Assembly: GCF_001194135.2 (NCBI RefSeq)
Contig: NC_068993.1
Location: forward strand, 10,843,026 to 10,888,976
From: Octopus bimaculoides
Lineage: Eukaryota
Reading direction: 5' to 3'
DNA: 45,951 nucleotides
The notes under the pieces were generated by a model. The model ran no database searches. It was not told the DNA's origin and was given only the letters and a program-made list of their open reading frames with translations. Made by a program: the position numbers and the translations under genes. Of this stretch, positions 24,042 to 36,648 are shown one piece after another (position 1 is the first letter of the stretch; each line of letters begins with the position of its first letter).

Positions 24042-24686
24042 GATGATGATGATGATGATAATAATAATGATAAGAATAATGATGATGATAATAGTAGTAA
24101 TAATAGTATGGATATATCTTTCTAATAATGTTAATAATAATAATAATATTAGTATTAATAATAATGATAATCATAATAAAAACAGAAATTCTTCCTCCTT
24201 CTTATCGATTAGAAATTAAAAAGAAAAAATACGAAACAAAACGTGTATATAAACAACAACAACAACAACAAAAGCAACAAAACGGTATTGCTTTTGTTTG
24301 ATATCTTTTTGTACATAATTTTGTGTTTGTTTGTTTTTCGCATTACTTGTTGTTGCTCCAGTTGTTGTTGTTGTTGTTTTTATATTCTGAAAGGAAGACA
24401 TTAAAAATAACGGAAATTATCTGTGGGAAAAATGAAAGCAACTTGCTTTAAAAGCAAACAGAACCAGTTAGAAAATATTACGAAAATTTGATGAAAAGAA
24501 AATTAAAATTATAAATATAATCGCTAGAAAAAAAAAAAATTAAAAACGGGGAAAAAAATCAAACACCCCCACAAAAGAGAAAAAAAACAACAAAACAAAA
24601 ACAAAAAACAAAAAAAGCCCAAGAAAACCCAACGATATAATTAAGATTCAGAATGTTATCTTAAGGTGGTTATTATTATTATTAAA

Positions 24687-24743
<57 letters not shown>

Positions 24744-24892
24744 ACATTATTATCATTATTATTGTTGTTATTATTCTTATCGTTATTGCTATCATCATCA
24801 TCATCATCGTCGTCGTCGTCGTTGTTGTTGTTGTTCTTCTTCTTCTTCTTCTTCTTCTTCTTCTTCTTCTTCTTCTTCTTCTTCTTCTTCTT

Positions 24893-24923
<31 letters not shown>

Positions 24924-24960
24924 TTGTTATTGTTGTTGTAGTTATTATTACTATTACTAT
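23050..24960. repeat. Cluster of trinucleotide microsatellites: (TTC)n, (GTG/GTA)n, (AAT/GAT)n, (ATT/ATC/GTC/GTT/CTT)n
   Basis: Tracts at about 23050-23123, 23124-23480, 23760-24180 and 24670-24960. Confidence 0.97.
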
Positions 24961-25689
24961 TATTACTAAGTAGCAGCGGTATTATTGATGATGTTCTTGT
25001 TAGTATTATTGTTAATATTATTATAAATGATAATTATGATGACGATAAAGAACTCATATCGTTATTATTGCTACGATGATTACAACGACGATTATTATTT
25101 GTCGTTTATATATATTTTTTTTGGATATTATTACTAAGGTTTGTTTGTTGTTGTTATTACTATTGTTGCTTGTAGTAATATTCTTTTTCTTTTTCGTTGT
25201 TTTTGCCAGAATCTGAACTTTTATCTCTTTGTATCCCTCTTTGAAGAACTGCCGTCTCCATAATTAAAAAAAAACGTCTTTCCCTTGGGAAGTGAGTTCG
25301 AAATTAGCAATACCACCTTGTTTAAGACGAAATCAAATAGATGTATAATTTTGTCGCCCTTTAGTAGAAATATTATATGATTACCTGTATATATATATAT
25401 ATATTTATATATATGTGTGTATATGATTTTTCCATGATTAATCCCTGGACAATATTTGATACTAAACAGAGTGTTAGTATCTGAAGACATTAAAGGTTGG
25501 AATGTATCCTATCGCAGACATTGTATTGCGCATCGTGCCTCTTTATCCCTAGGGGAATATTAAAATATTCATATATGGAGTTATCTGAATTTCCTCTTTT
25601 CAGGAAAATATAGGAGTTGAGATCGCACCAGATTAATTGCAATTCAACGAAGGAACACAAAGGAAATTCGTTGACTTGTTTTTGTTGTC

Positions 25690-25745
25690 GCTTTTTAACC
25701 CCAGGTAAACTCTGGTCCACAAGACCTATGATAAAGAGTTTTTAC
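25690..25745 (-). mobile_element. Family E retroposon 3' tail fragment
   Basis: tttaaccccaggtaaactctggtccacaagacctatgataaag is homologous to 2118-2158. Confidence 0.6.
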
Positions 25746-25799
25746 TGAACTGTGACTAAGTATCGTTTCTTGTGTTACCGAACATAGTGTGTCCAGAAC

Positions 25800-25975
25800 T
25801 GATGTACGTTATTTACATTATTTACATTATTTACACTTGACGGGTATTTCTCCTCATCTTGTTTATTGTTAACACAACGTTTCGGCTGATATACCCTCCA
25901 GCCTTCATCAGGTGTCTTGGAGGAAATTTCGAACCTGGGTTCTCATTCCTAAGGTATTTTTCGATGTTGTTGTCT
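25800..25975 (-). mobile_element. Penelope-like element pseudo-LTR fragment
   Basis: Carries the ctgatga...gaaacgt hammerhead signature typical of PLE ends, followed by a (gtaaataat)3 tandem. Confidence 0.7.
25871..25916 (-). ncRNA. Minimal type I hammerhead ribozyme motif
   Basis: Minus strand: gacac CUGAUGA a ggcug-gaggguauau-cagcc GAAA CG UU guguu. Stem I is gacac/guguu, stem II is ggcug/cagcc, palindromic ACGU replaces stem III, and the cleavage triplet is GUU. Confidence 0.8.
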
Positions 25976-26398
25976 TTATGTTCTGAGTTCAAATTTTGCT
26001 GAGGTCATCTTTCGGGATTTGTAAATTAAGTAGCAGTTGAGCAATGGGATCGAGCTAACGCACAAGCCCCCTATACCAAAATTTCAGGCCTTGTGTCAAA
26101 CTCAGAAAGAATTAAATATGGTTTGAATGTACGCATTCTGATTTAATTCTCCTTCGGAAAAGCAATTATTCAACCGAATTACTGCTACGCGGAAAAGAAA
26201 TTTCAATAGTAATTTTCTGAGGCTTATCTATGCATTTAAATGTACAAATTCAGGTGATCCTTTCACTTTTAGACACGAAAAACAAGGAAAGCAAAATAAT
26301 AAAAGTTAACAGTAAAATATTTCCACAGTCAGGCAGTTGTGATGCCTTGATGTCATCATTGCCTTTCTTGGTTATTATGTTATGATGTCATACGACCG

Positions 26399-26520
26399 TG
26401 GTTAGCAGAATTGGTAGAACGTCAGGAAACAGACATTGCTGTATTCAGTTTCGTCTCAAGACGTTTTAAGCTCACATCCACCCAAAGTCAACTTTGATTT
26501 TTAATTCTATCCTTCAGGGA
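26399..26520 (+). mobile_element. Family B SINE fragment, old
   Basis: gttagcagaattggtagaacgtcaggaaa...acgttttaagctcacatcc...aagtcaactttg. Confidence 0.65.
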
Positions 26521-27533
26521 CTTTGTACTTACGCGAGAAAAGCTTACTTAACAAAACCACCCAGCAGATTTTGACGGACATTTTACATCAGTTCAAGAAG
26601 TAATTTACTAAAGAGAGATTTAATGAAATGGAAATGGAAGTCTCTATATAGGAATATTAAGGACTTTATAGTTGTAACAAGAAAAGCATATTGAATTGAA
26701 TAAATATATAAAGATTATATGATATACCTGATTCCATTAAGCTTAGACTTCACTGACGAAGAGAGAAAATAAAATTAATTCCTGGTAAGACGATTTTCTC
26801 ACTTGCAATAGAAATGATCATCTAATAAATGAAGCAATCTATTAGTTTCTTATTTCTTTTAGCCAGACAAACTAAACCATTTGCAGTAACAATAGTCGAC
26901 ATTAGTTAGCTTACAAACCATTATTTCTTCGATAAATTCTGATAGCATTTAATCTCTCCGTCATACTAAGTTAACCTACGAAAATCGAACTAGTTAAGGA
27001 GATTTTCATAAGATTTATTCCTACATTATAGGCCTGTTAAGTGTGAATTTACAGTCTGCACAAATACTTATGGTAAATTTTCTCTATCAAGCTCCATGTA
27101 AAAGTAACACCTCTACACATATATATTTATGCAGTACAAACACACGAAGAAGTGAGAATATAAATGATGGTCTATATATTTTTTAAATATGCTTCTGCAG
27201 ACTAGATCGAAAATTGCATTATTGTGCCTCTTCACTGAAGGGGTGAAATCATGCCAAAACAATGAGTATGGTAGTGAAAAATTTTACTTCCGAGACAATA
27301 TCCTGCAGTATATGCCATTACAGATCCAGGAAGTAAAAAATATCTAAATGCATATATTTATATGCCTGTGTTTAAGTGTGAATGTATGTATTTGTACATA
27401 CACACACATACACACATATATACATACATGCATATGTGTGCGTGCATGTGCGTATCTATGTATATGTTTATTTATATATACACTACACATTCACACACAC
27501 GCATATTCATTCATACATGTAAAAACACACAAA

Positions 27534-27581
<48 letters not shown>

Positions 27582-27965
27582 NNNNNNNNNNNNNNNNNNN
27601 NNNNNNNNNNNNNNNNNNNNNNNNNNNNNNNNNNNNNNNNNNNNNNNNNNNNNNNNNNNNNNNNNNNNNNNNNNNNNNNNNNNNNNNNNNNNNNNNNNNN
27701 NNNNNNNNNNNNNNNNNNNNNNNNNNNNNNNNNNNNNNNNNNNNNNNNNNNNNNNNNNNNNNNNNNNNNNNNNNNNNNNNNNNNNNNNNNNNNNNNNNNN
27801 NNNNNNNNNNNNNNNNNNNNNNNNNNNNNNNNNNNNNNNNNNNNNNNNNNNNNNNNNNNNNNNNNNNNNNNTATATATACAGCCGCACATATAACTACAT
27901 AATATCTTAATGTACATTAATAAGTGTGCATGTGTACCTACATATGTGCAGGTACGTTTGTGTAT

Positions 27966-28005
<40 letters not shown>

Positions 28006-28029
28006 ACGTGCGCGCGTGCGCGTGTTTAT

Positions 28030-28232
28030 TTAAATCCGATGAAATAGAAAACATATGGAAAGCGATCGACATACGCATTCATCAAAATACTTCCAGGAAA
28101 TTAAGTGAATTACTCGATTACGTAAGCAGAAAACGGGAAAAAAAATTCCAGATATAATGCGATCACCAAATTTCTAGATTCCATGTTTGCTGCATAGATG
28201 TAACTCGAAATTTCAGGTACTCAACAAAGTAC
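28030..28232 (+). pseudogene. Tc1 (DD34E-type) transposase C-terminal remnant
   Basis: Removing a 5-bp insertion and 2-3 frameshifts gives LNPIENIWKAIDIRIHQNTSRKLSELLDYVSRKREKIPD...ITKFLDSM...CIDVTRNFRYSTKY, matching (SPD)LNPIENxW and the ...SM..RC..V....G..TKY terminus. Confidence 0.8.
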
Positions 28233-28264
28233 AAGTATCACATGGTTTTATTGTTTATAGTTTG

Positions 28265-28690
28265 GTAAGGGGACGAATTGGCCAAATCGTCTGTACGCCG
28301 GACAAAAATGCTTAGTAGCATTTAATCCGCCTTAACGTTCTGAGCTCAAATTCCACCGAGGTTGACTTTGTCTTTCTTTCATCTATCGGGGTCGACAAAA
28401 TAAGGTACCAGTTGAGCACTGGGGGTGATCTAAACTACTAGTCCTACACCATCAAAATTTCCTGGCCTTGTGCCAAATTAGAAAAGCGGTGAACGTACAG
28501 AATAATTGGCATGCCGGACAAAATCCCTACAGGCATTTCTTCCGGCCCTTAACGTTCTGAATCAAATTTTATCGCGGTCATCCTTTCGGGATCTATAAAT
28601 TAAGTAGCAGCTGAGCAATGGGATCGATCTAATGCACAAGGCCCCTACACCAAAATTTCCGGCCTTGTATCAAACTCAGGAAGAATTAAA
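28265..28690 (+). mobile_element. Tandem pair of family B SINEs (about 28265-28485 and 28488-28690)
   Basis: acgttctgagctcaaattccaccgaggttgactttgtcttt...ggggtcgacaaaataaggtaccagttgagcactgggg...ggccttgtgccaaattagaaa, followed by a second copy. Confidence 0.9.
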
Positions 28691-29410
28691 TATGGTCTGA
28701 ATGCATGCATTCCTGTCTATAGCAACAACAATAATGTCTATCAAATGTTCTTTGATAAAACGATGCTCATTTTTGTGGCGTTATTAAAACAGTGGATAAT
28801 TGCATGGTACTAATTCAAAAGACTTTCGTGTTTAAGCATACATCATTTAAGTGTAAAAAGAAAAAAAATCTCTTTTTATTCAAATATATTTTGAATTGTA
28901 AGTGATTAAGTAAACGGAAATAATTAACGTTTAATCATCAGTATATTACTATCTTTCAATTAAGATGTCGCCACTGTGCACATATGTCTCTCTCTCCCTC
29001 TCCCTGTCTCTCACTCTGTATACATACATACATACATACATACATACATACATACATACATACGCATATACATATGTGTTATCATCGTGAAACCAGGATA
29101 TACATATGAACACAGACACACACATTTAGGTGAAGAGATAACTACATAGGTATATGTGAAGGTAGATATTGCACATAGATATCCATACATAAATATGTGC
29201 CTATGTTTGTGGGTATAACGATATGTAGACATAAGTATGTATATTATGTATGCTCTATATGTATGTGTGTATATATATACATATATATATACATGTATAT
29301 ATATAAATGTAGACATATATATATGTCTATCTATCTATATATGTATATATAGATATGTATACACACACACGCACACACATATAAATAGAGAGCGGGAGAA
29401 TGAGAGAGAG

Positions 29411-29513
<103 letters not shown>

Positions 29514-31614
29514 GACGTATACATATATATAACACGCACGTAGATATGTATGTTCACATACACATATATATTAGCTATTTAACTACGCATTACATTAATG
29601 TACGTTAAGTAATATACATATATATCTATATATACATCTTGTGAATGTCTGTTTGCGTGTGCGCGTTGTGTGTGTGTGTGTGTGTGTGTGTGTCTGTAGT
29701 GTGTGTGTATTTTTGTGTTTCAAATCCGATATAAAACTTATAGTAATCCTGTACGTCATTGCGTTACTTAGCCTGTCAGTAACGCTTTAATGTGATAAGA
29801 GAAAAAGAGGGAGAAAGAAAAGAAGAAGAGAGAAAAAGAGGGAGAGAGAAGCGTCCATGGCGTGAAGTAGAGGGAATGTAATTGTAACGCTTTCACGTGA
29901 TTAGTTGAGGGGAAAGAGAAGGTAAAGAAAAAGGAGAGAGAAAAAGGATAAGGTGAAGAGTGGGACAGAAAGAGAGAGAAAGGAAGCGAAGGAGAGAAAA
30001 GGCGGAGAGAGAAAAGAGAGAGAGAGAAGCGTCCATGACGTAAGGTGGAGGGAACGTAGTAATTTTAGCAGAGGGGTGATGCTCTGATGGTGAGGTTAAA
30101 AAAAGGCAGAGAAAGAGAGGGAAGAAAGAAAGAGAGGAGGGAGAGGGAGAGAGGAGAGAGAGGATGGAGAGGAGAGAGAGGATGGAGAGGAGCGAGAGAG
30201 AGGAGGGAAAGAGAGAGAGAGAGAGNNNNNNNNNNNNNNNNNNNNNNNNNNNNNNNNNNNNNNNNNNNNNNNNNNNNNNNNNNNNNNNNNNNNNNNNNNN
30301 NNNNNNNNNNNNNNNNNNNNNNNNNNNNNNNNNNNNNNNNNNNNNNNNNNNNNNNNNNNNNNNNNNNNNNNNNNNNNNNNNNNNNNNNNNNNNNNNNNNN
30401 NNNNNNNNNNNNNNNNNNNNNNNNNNNNNNNNNNNNNNNNNNNNNNNNNNNNNNNNNNNNNNNNNNNNNNNNNNNNNNNNNNNNNNNNNNNNNNNNNNNN
30501 NNNNNNNNNNNNNNNNNNNNNNNNNNNNNNNNNNNNNNNNNNNNNNNNNNNNNNNNNNNNNNNNNNNNNNNNNNNNNNNNNNNNNNNNNNNNNNNNNNNN
30601 NNNNNNNNNNNNNNNNNNNNNNNNNNNNNNNNNNNNNNNNNNNNNNNNNNNNNNNNNNNNNNNNNNNNNNNNNNNNNNNNNNNNNNNNNNNNNNNNNNNN
30701 NNNNNNNNNNNNNNNNNNNNNNNNNNNNNNNNNNNNNNNNNNNNNNNNNNNNNNNNNNNNNNNNNNNNNNNNNNNNNNNNNNNNNNNNNNNNNNNNNNNN
30801 NNNNNNNNNNNNNNNNNNNNNNNNNNNNNNNNNNNNNNNNNNNNNNNNNNNNNNNNNNNNNNNNNNNNNNNNNNNNNNNNNNNNNNNNNNNNNNNNNNNN
30901 NNNNNNNNNNNNNNNNNNNNNNNNNNNNNNNNNNNNNNNNNNNNNNNNNNNNNNNNNNNNNNNNNNNNNNNNNNNNNNNNNNNNNNNNNNNNNNNNNNNN
31001 NNNNNNNNNNNNNNNNNNNNNNNNNNNNNNNNNNNNNNNNNNNNNNNNNNNNNNNNNNNNNNNNNNNNNNNNNNNNNNNNNNNNNNNNNNNNNNNNNNNN
31101 NNNNNNNNNNNNNNNNNNNGTTATTTATTTATACGATTATTTGCAAACCGCAAATTCGTATGGCTGTGCTAAACGACTCTTCTACGAAACACAGCAGACA
31201 CGGAGGTTAATTTCACACTTTTGTTTATTTTTTACTTTCTAATCTGTTGTATCGCCATTAATCAAACACACACACACACACACACACGCACACACACACG
31301 CACACACACACGCACACACATTCTCATACACTTTCTCATGCATACGTACACGCACACACCTCCTTGGTGATTGATAATGGTTTGATCAATATTATTTTTG
31401 CTTCTTCATCGGATTTTTCTTTCAAGTATTAAAAAAAATAACAAAACAAAAAGAAACAACAACAAAAACAAAACAAACAAATCAGAAACCAACAATAAAG
31501 AATATATAACAACAAAATAACTACAATATTAACAGAAACAATAACAACGACAACAACAACATTAACATCTACAGCAACACCAACAACAGTAGCATTAACA
31601 ACAGCAATAATTGA

Positions 31615-31667
<53 letters not shown>

Positions 31668-31670
31668 AAT

Positions 31671-31718
<48 letters not shown>

Positions 31719-31759
31719 AATAATAATAATAATAATAATAAATAATAATAATGATAATA

Positions 31760-32010
31760 ACAATTCAGAGTATGAAAACTGTCTAGGTCGTACCTATAAT
31801 AATTGGTGTGTTGGGAATAGTAAACCAAGATATAGACAAATAGCTGAAGGAGATTGGAATAGAATGCTCGGTGAAACACCTACAGAAAGTTTGTCTCTTA
31901 GGGACAGGAAAGATTATCAGGAGGGTTCTAAGCACTTGAAAGACGGCTGAAAACTTGTGGATACCTAAGGTTACAAGTTGTAACCCGCTACCTACTTAAA
32001 TCCCATCAGG
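31760..32010 (+). mobile_element. 5'-truncated Dong/R4-type (restriction-like endonuclease) LINE, 3' remnant
   Basis: 31772-31939 translates MKTV*VVPIIIGVLGIVNQDIDK*LKEIGIECSVKHLQKVCLLGTGKIIRRVLST*, matching the VxP.viG.LG...L..igi....lQK..LLGT..i.R.vL terminus. A 3' UTR hairpin ggttacaa-g-ttgtaacc lies at 31969-31985, and the remnant is preceded by (AAT)n. Confidence 0.85.
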
Positions 32011-32364
32011 CATAAGACCGAGCTCGCAAAAATTAATTTCCAAATTCTAATTAATTTGCTTGCGGGAAGGACTGCTCCAACAAAGTCGCGTATTGTCCTT
32101 GCTTTCGAAACGCGGAGTAGATGGAGCAGGGACAACTGAAGAAGGGTAATATTCTTTATGTTGCATGTCTCGTTTCTCTGTTTGTTTTTTTTCGTTGTTC
32201 GAAAAAAAGTTCGTTTTCTGTCTTTGTCTTTATGTTTTCGTTTCTCATTGTGTTTAACGTTTTTTGTGATGTCCTATACCCATATATGCATGTATGTATA
32301 CATATAGATGTCGGTATGTACATATATGTATGGATATATGCATATAATTATATATTGTATATGT

Positions 32365-32404
<40 letters not shown>

Positions 32405-32622
32405 CATACAGAAAATAGTATTACTATGCACGGCGCACATCCTACGCAAAGCACTTCAAAAAAAAAGTACAGTGGAAATTAGACCACCGAAACCAATCAC
32501 AGCACATACCCAAGGCACACAGAGCTGCGCTCGATAGTGCAGTGAAAGCACGTGATAAACGTAAGACTACTGAATAATAATAATAGTAACAGTAGTAGTA
32601 GTAAAATAAGAAGAAAAAGATA

Positions 32623-32657
<35 letters not shown>

Positions 32658-32889
32658 AGAGATCAGACTGTGTCATTTTGTATGTTGTTGAGCTTCGAAT
32701 TGAAAAGCAACCCTGATGGCCGATAATAATAAATATGTGACGGCGGAGCGGAGCGGAGCAAATTTTAGAAGGTATTGTGCCGTAGTGGCGGTTTAGTCTG
32801 TTTAGTTTAGTTGAATGTTTGACTGAAATTGCTTGAAGTATTATGAACACTTTGAAGTAAACTTAAGCCCATGGCTTGTTACACGTCTG

Positions 32890-32900
32890 GCCGCCATCTT
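32890..32900 (-). promoter_or_regulatory. Consensus YY1-type motif AAGATGGCGGC in a GC-enriched unique island
   Basis: The plus strand reads gccgccatctt; (cggag)3 lies at about 32741-32759. Motif match only. Confidence 0.3.
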
Positions 32901-33018
32901 TACTCTTGCTTTTCTCATCAATGCGAGTAGTTTGCGGCTTTTTCCTTTGTCAGAGCCTGTCTTTCTGTTGCTTTGTTTGTCTCTCTTTCTCACTCACTTA
33001 CTCGACTGTTGCTCTATC

Positions 33019-33058
<40 letters not shown>

Positions 33059-33275
33059 ACACACACACACACACACACATGTATGTATGTATGCATGTAT
33101 GTATGTATGTATGTGTGTATATGTACGTGCGTGTGTGTGTTTCTGTCTTTGCCAGTCTATTTTTGGCTCCCGTCTTTTCTTTCCCAACCTTCCATCTCTC
33201 TCTACTTCTTCCCCTCTACCTGTCTCCCTCTCTTTCTCCCTCCTCTCTCACTATTTCTTTATATATCCATCCCCA

Positions 33276-33335
<60 letters not shown>

Positions 33336-34032
33336 NNNNNNNNNNNNNNNNNNNNNNATATACATATGAATATATATACGTGCATGTATATGTATATGTA
33401 TATATGAGTACATACATATGACTATATATACACACACATATATATATACTTACACACACATGCACACAGACATATACATATATACATATACATAAGTATA
33501 TATATATATATATGTATGTATGTCTGTTTCTGACTCTACTTGTCTGTCTCAGTCTCTCTCTCTCTCTCTCTCTCTCTCTGTCCCTATATTCTGCATATCT
33601 TTTACTCACACTGTCACTCCTTAATTCTCTCTCCTTCTCCCCTTCAAAAGCGTTAGAACCAACGACATCTTTGGACGTATTACTGAGTTTATGGTAGCAG
33701 TTTTGTTAATATTACAATAATGTGAATAGGAAAAGAGAAAGAAAAAATAGCAAAAAAAATACAAACAAAAAACAAACAAAAATAAAACCAGAACAAAGCA
33801 TAAAAGACAAAGCAAAAGAAATATACAAATGATTGTCTGTAATAGAAATGGTACTAAGGACGTCCGTCTCAAATAATGGTTTCTTTTGATTTGGCAGAAG
33901 GTTAACGTCTTGTCGAGGTGGTGTTAATAAAGTTGATTGAATTGACATCACTATGTAGTTGCTCTCTCACATATTTTATCGACCTCGGTTAGAAGGAAAA
34001 CAAAAGCGAAGCTGAAGTCGAAGACTGTAATA

Positions 34033-34149
<117 letters not shown>

Positions 34150-34560
34150 GCCCTGATGCAGTACCAGGCAGTGGCTCTCATGGCTTCCGGTCTTAACTGA
34201 ATGGAAGTGTTATCATGTACATTGTTTTGTCTTGGTAAGAAAGATGGGCTACAGCAAATATTCTGCTCAATACCACAGATTTGCTTGTCAGCTGCTTGAC
34301 CATAGCATGTTGAGCATGTCCCATAGTGGCTGACAATATGTGCATCTCTGATCACGAACAGAACTAGTAGGGGAGCGTCATAACCATATGTTGAGAGGAA
34401 TTCTTTGGGTTTGGATAATTCATCTTTGGAAACATGGGTGTTTTGTTCATCATCCTGAAGAAAATTCTAACTGGGTCCTACCTGCAAGGTCATGCGCTGT
34501 TTATCTTGATATGAGATCACTATGTACTTGGTATACACTTATCAGACGGGTAGTCATGAT
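34150..34560. mobile_element. Non-autonomous interspersed repeat abutting (AAT)n (34028-34149)
   Basis: gccctgatgcagtaccaggcagtggctctcatggc...cttatcagacgggtagtcatgat is recalled as a highly abundant Octopus repeat. Orientation and class cannot be determined here. Confidence 0.65.
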
Positions 34561-35265
34561 AGCACGTTGTTGTGTTTACGTTCCCGTAATTTAGCGGTTC
34601 AGCTGAACAAAACGATAGAACAATTAGCAGATTTTAAAATAGACAAAAGAAAAATATAACTACGGNNNNNNNNNNNNNNNNNNNNNNNNNNNNNNNNNNN
34701 NNNNNNNNNNNNNNNNNNNNNNNNNNNNNNNNNNNNNNNNNNNNNNNNNNNNNNNNNNNNNNNNNNNNNNNNNNNNNNNNNNNNNNNNNNNNNNNNNNNN
34801 NNNNNNNNNNNNNNNNNNNNNNNNNNNNNNNNNNNNNNNNNNNNNNNNNNNNNNNNNNNNNNNNNNNNNNNNNNNNNNNNNNNNNNNNNNNNNNNNNNNN
34901 NNNNNNNNNNNNNNNNNNNNNNNNNNNNNNNNNNNNNNNNNNNNNNNNNNNNNNNNNNNNNNNNNNNNNNNNNNNNNNNNNNNNNNNNNNNNNNNNNNNN
35001 NNNNNNNNNNNNNNNNNNNNNNNNNNNNNNNNNNNNNNNNNNNNNNNNNNNNNNNNNNNNNNNNNNNNNNNNNNNNNNNNNNNNNNNNNNNNNNNNNNNN
35101 NNNNNNNNNNNNNNNNNNNNNNNNNNNNNNNNNNNNNNNNNNNNNNNNNNNNNNNNNNNNNNNNNNNNNNNNNNNNNNNNNNNNNNNNNNNNNNNNNNNN
35201 NNNNNNNNNNNNNNNNNNAATGTGCCAGGAAAATCGACAGTGTACCTAACTATAAATTAAAAATT

Positions 35266-35304
<39 letters not shown>

Positions 35305-35974
35305 AAAGACGTTCTGTCTAACGTGTTATTGAATAAGTCGTTAAGCGACTCGTTGAAATCTTGGTCGCAAGGTGCGAAAAATGGAGAAAGATCACGCTAT
35401 GTTTATCTCGTTAACACGTTTGCATAACGGCAAAGAAAATATGTAATGGTGTATATGGTAATGGAGTTGGGGTGGGTGGACTTATATTGGATATATTTCA
35501 TACAATTACTCTGACGATTACACTGAACGCTTTACGGCATTTATATTGTTAGTTAGCGACCAGACATTCTGTAAAAATGCGACAACAACCTCGCCAAATG
35601 TAAATATAATTGACTATTTAGCATATTATGAATATATGCACAGTCATTGCTTTCTCTGTCACTCTAGCCACCACTATTCTCGTTTGGCATTCTGCACATA
35701 TAATTATATCAACACACACTCACACACGTTCACGCATACACACATACGTACACACACGCATAAATACATACAATGCCAGCACATGAATATGTATTCTATA
35801 GACTTATTTAAATAACTTTACACATATATACATTAATCTATTTAATTTTCGTTCTATAATATTCGCTCACGCACAACGCACGCACACAAGTGTATGTGTG
35901 TATGTGTGTTCTCGCAAATATATGTGTGTAAGTGAATGAGAGTGTGTGTGTCTGTGTATATTTACATATATTCG

Positions 35975-36229
35975 TTTATTTTTTTAATTCTTTTATTTGT
36001 TTCAGTCATTTGACTGCGGCCATGCTGGAGCACAGCCTTTAGTTGAGCAAACCGACCCCACCACTTATTCTTTATAAGCCTAGTACTTATTCTATCGGAC
36101 TCTTTTTGCCGAACCGCTAAGTTACAGGGACGTAAACACACCAGCATCGGTTGTCGAGCGCTGTTAGGGGACAAACACAGACACACAAATATGCACACAC
36201 ACACATACAAACATACATACATACATAAT

Positions 36230-36290
<61 letters not shown>

Positions 36291-36404
36291 GGGCTTCTTT
36301 CAGCTTCCGTCTACCAAATCCACTCACAAGTTTTTGGTGGACCCAAAGCTATAGAAGAAGGCACTTGCCCAAAGTGCCACGCAGTGGTATTGAACCCGGA
36401 ACCA
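35975..36404 (-). mobile_element. Family A SINE, nearly full length (5' end clipped)
   Basis: Reverse complement of 44155-44556, including the internal (CA)/(TA) tract and the tail ttcagtcatttgactgcggccatgctggagca. Confidence 0.95.
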
Positions 36405-36544
36405 GCCACCCCTATATTTAGTGGCGCATCTATTTGAACACCGAGAGCGCACACCTATTGGCTCGAGTAATCCTGACGAAAACTTCTTGTGTCTTTTATA
36501 TGTTATGTATATATTTTCTTCTCACTACACTCAACCTTTTTATT

Positions 36545-36648
36545 TAAAAAAATGGATACACTGGATGATGTAGTACGAAAAAAGTACGAGACAGTCACGA
36601 CAGGAACGCTTTTCACCTTATGTCTCTACAGAGTTGATCTGGGCCTAA
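36545..36648 (+). mobile_element. Family E retroposon 3' tail, old diverged copy
   Basis: Ends ttgatctgggcctaa, similar to the reverse complement of 2110-2150 (gtcgacctggggctaa). Confidence 0.4.

Larger units (their letters stand above)
25980..28712. repeat. Local duplication of a SINE plus flank (25980-26138 / 28554-28712)
   Basis: Both copies share the same internal deletion (ggtcatc.tttcggg) and the same 3' flank (aaatatggt.tgaatg.a.gcattc); spacing about 2574 bp. Confidence 0.85.

Noticed and set aside
29761-29788. Hairpin gcgttact/agtaacgc plus TTT as an intrinsic terminator
   Set aside because: Eukaryotic context, and 8-bp stems occur by chance in 46 kb.
32066-32150. Type II hammerhead (GAAAC...GTA...CTGAAGA) and ctgctcca/tggagcag inverted repeat
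   Set aside because: Stem I and stem II cannot pair in the required register, and an 8-bp inverted repeat is expected by chance.
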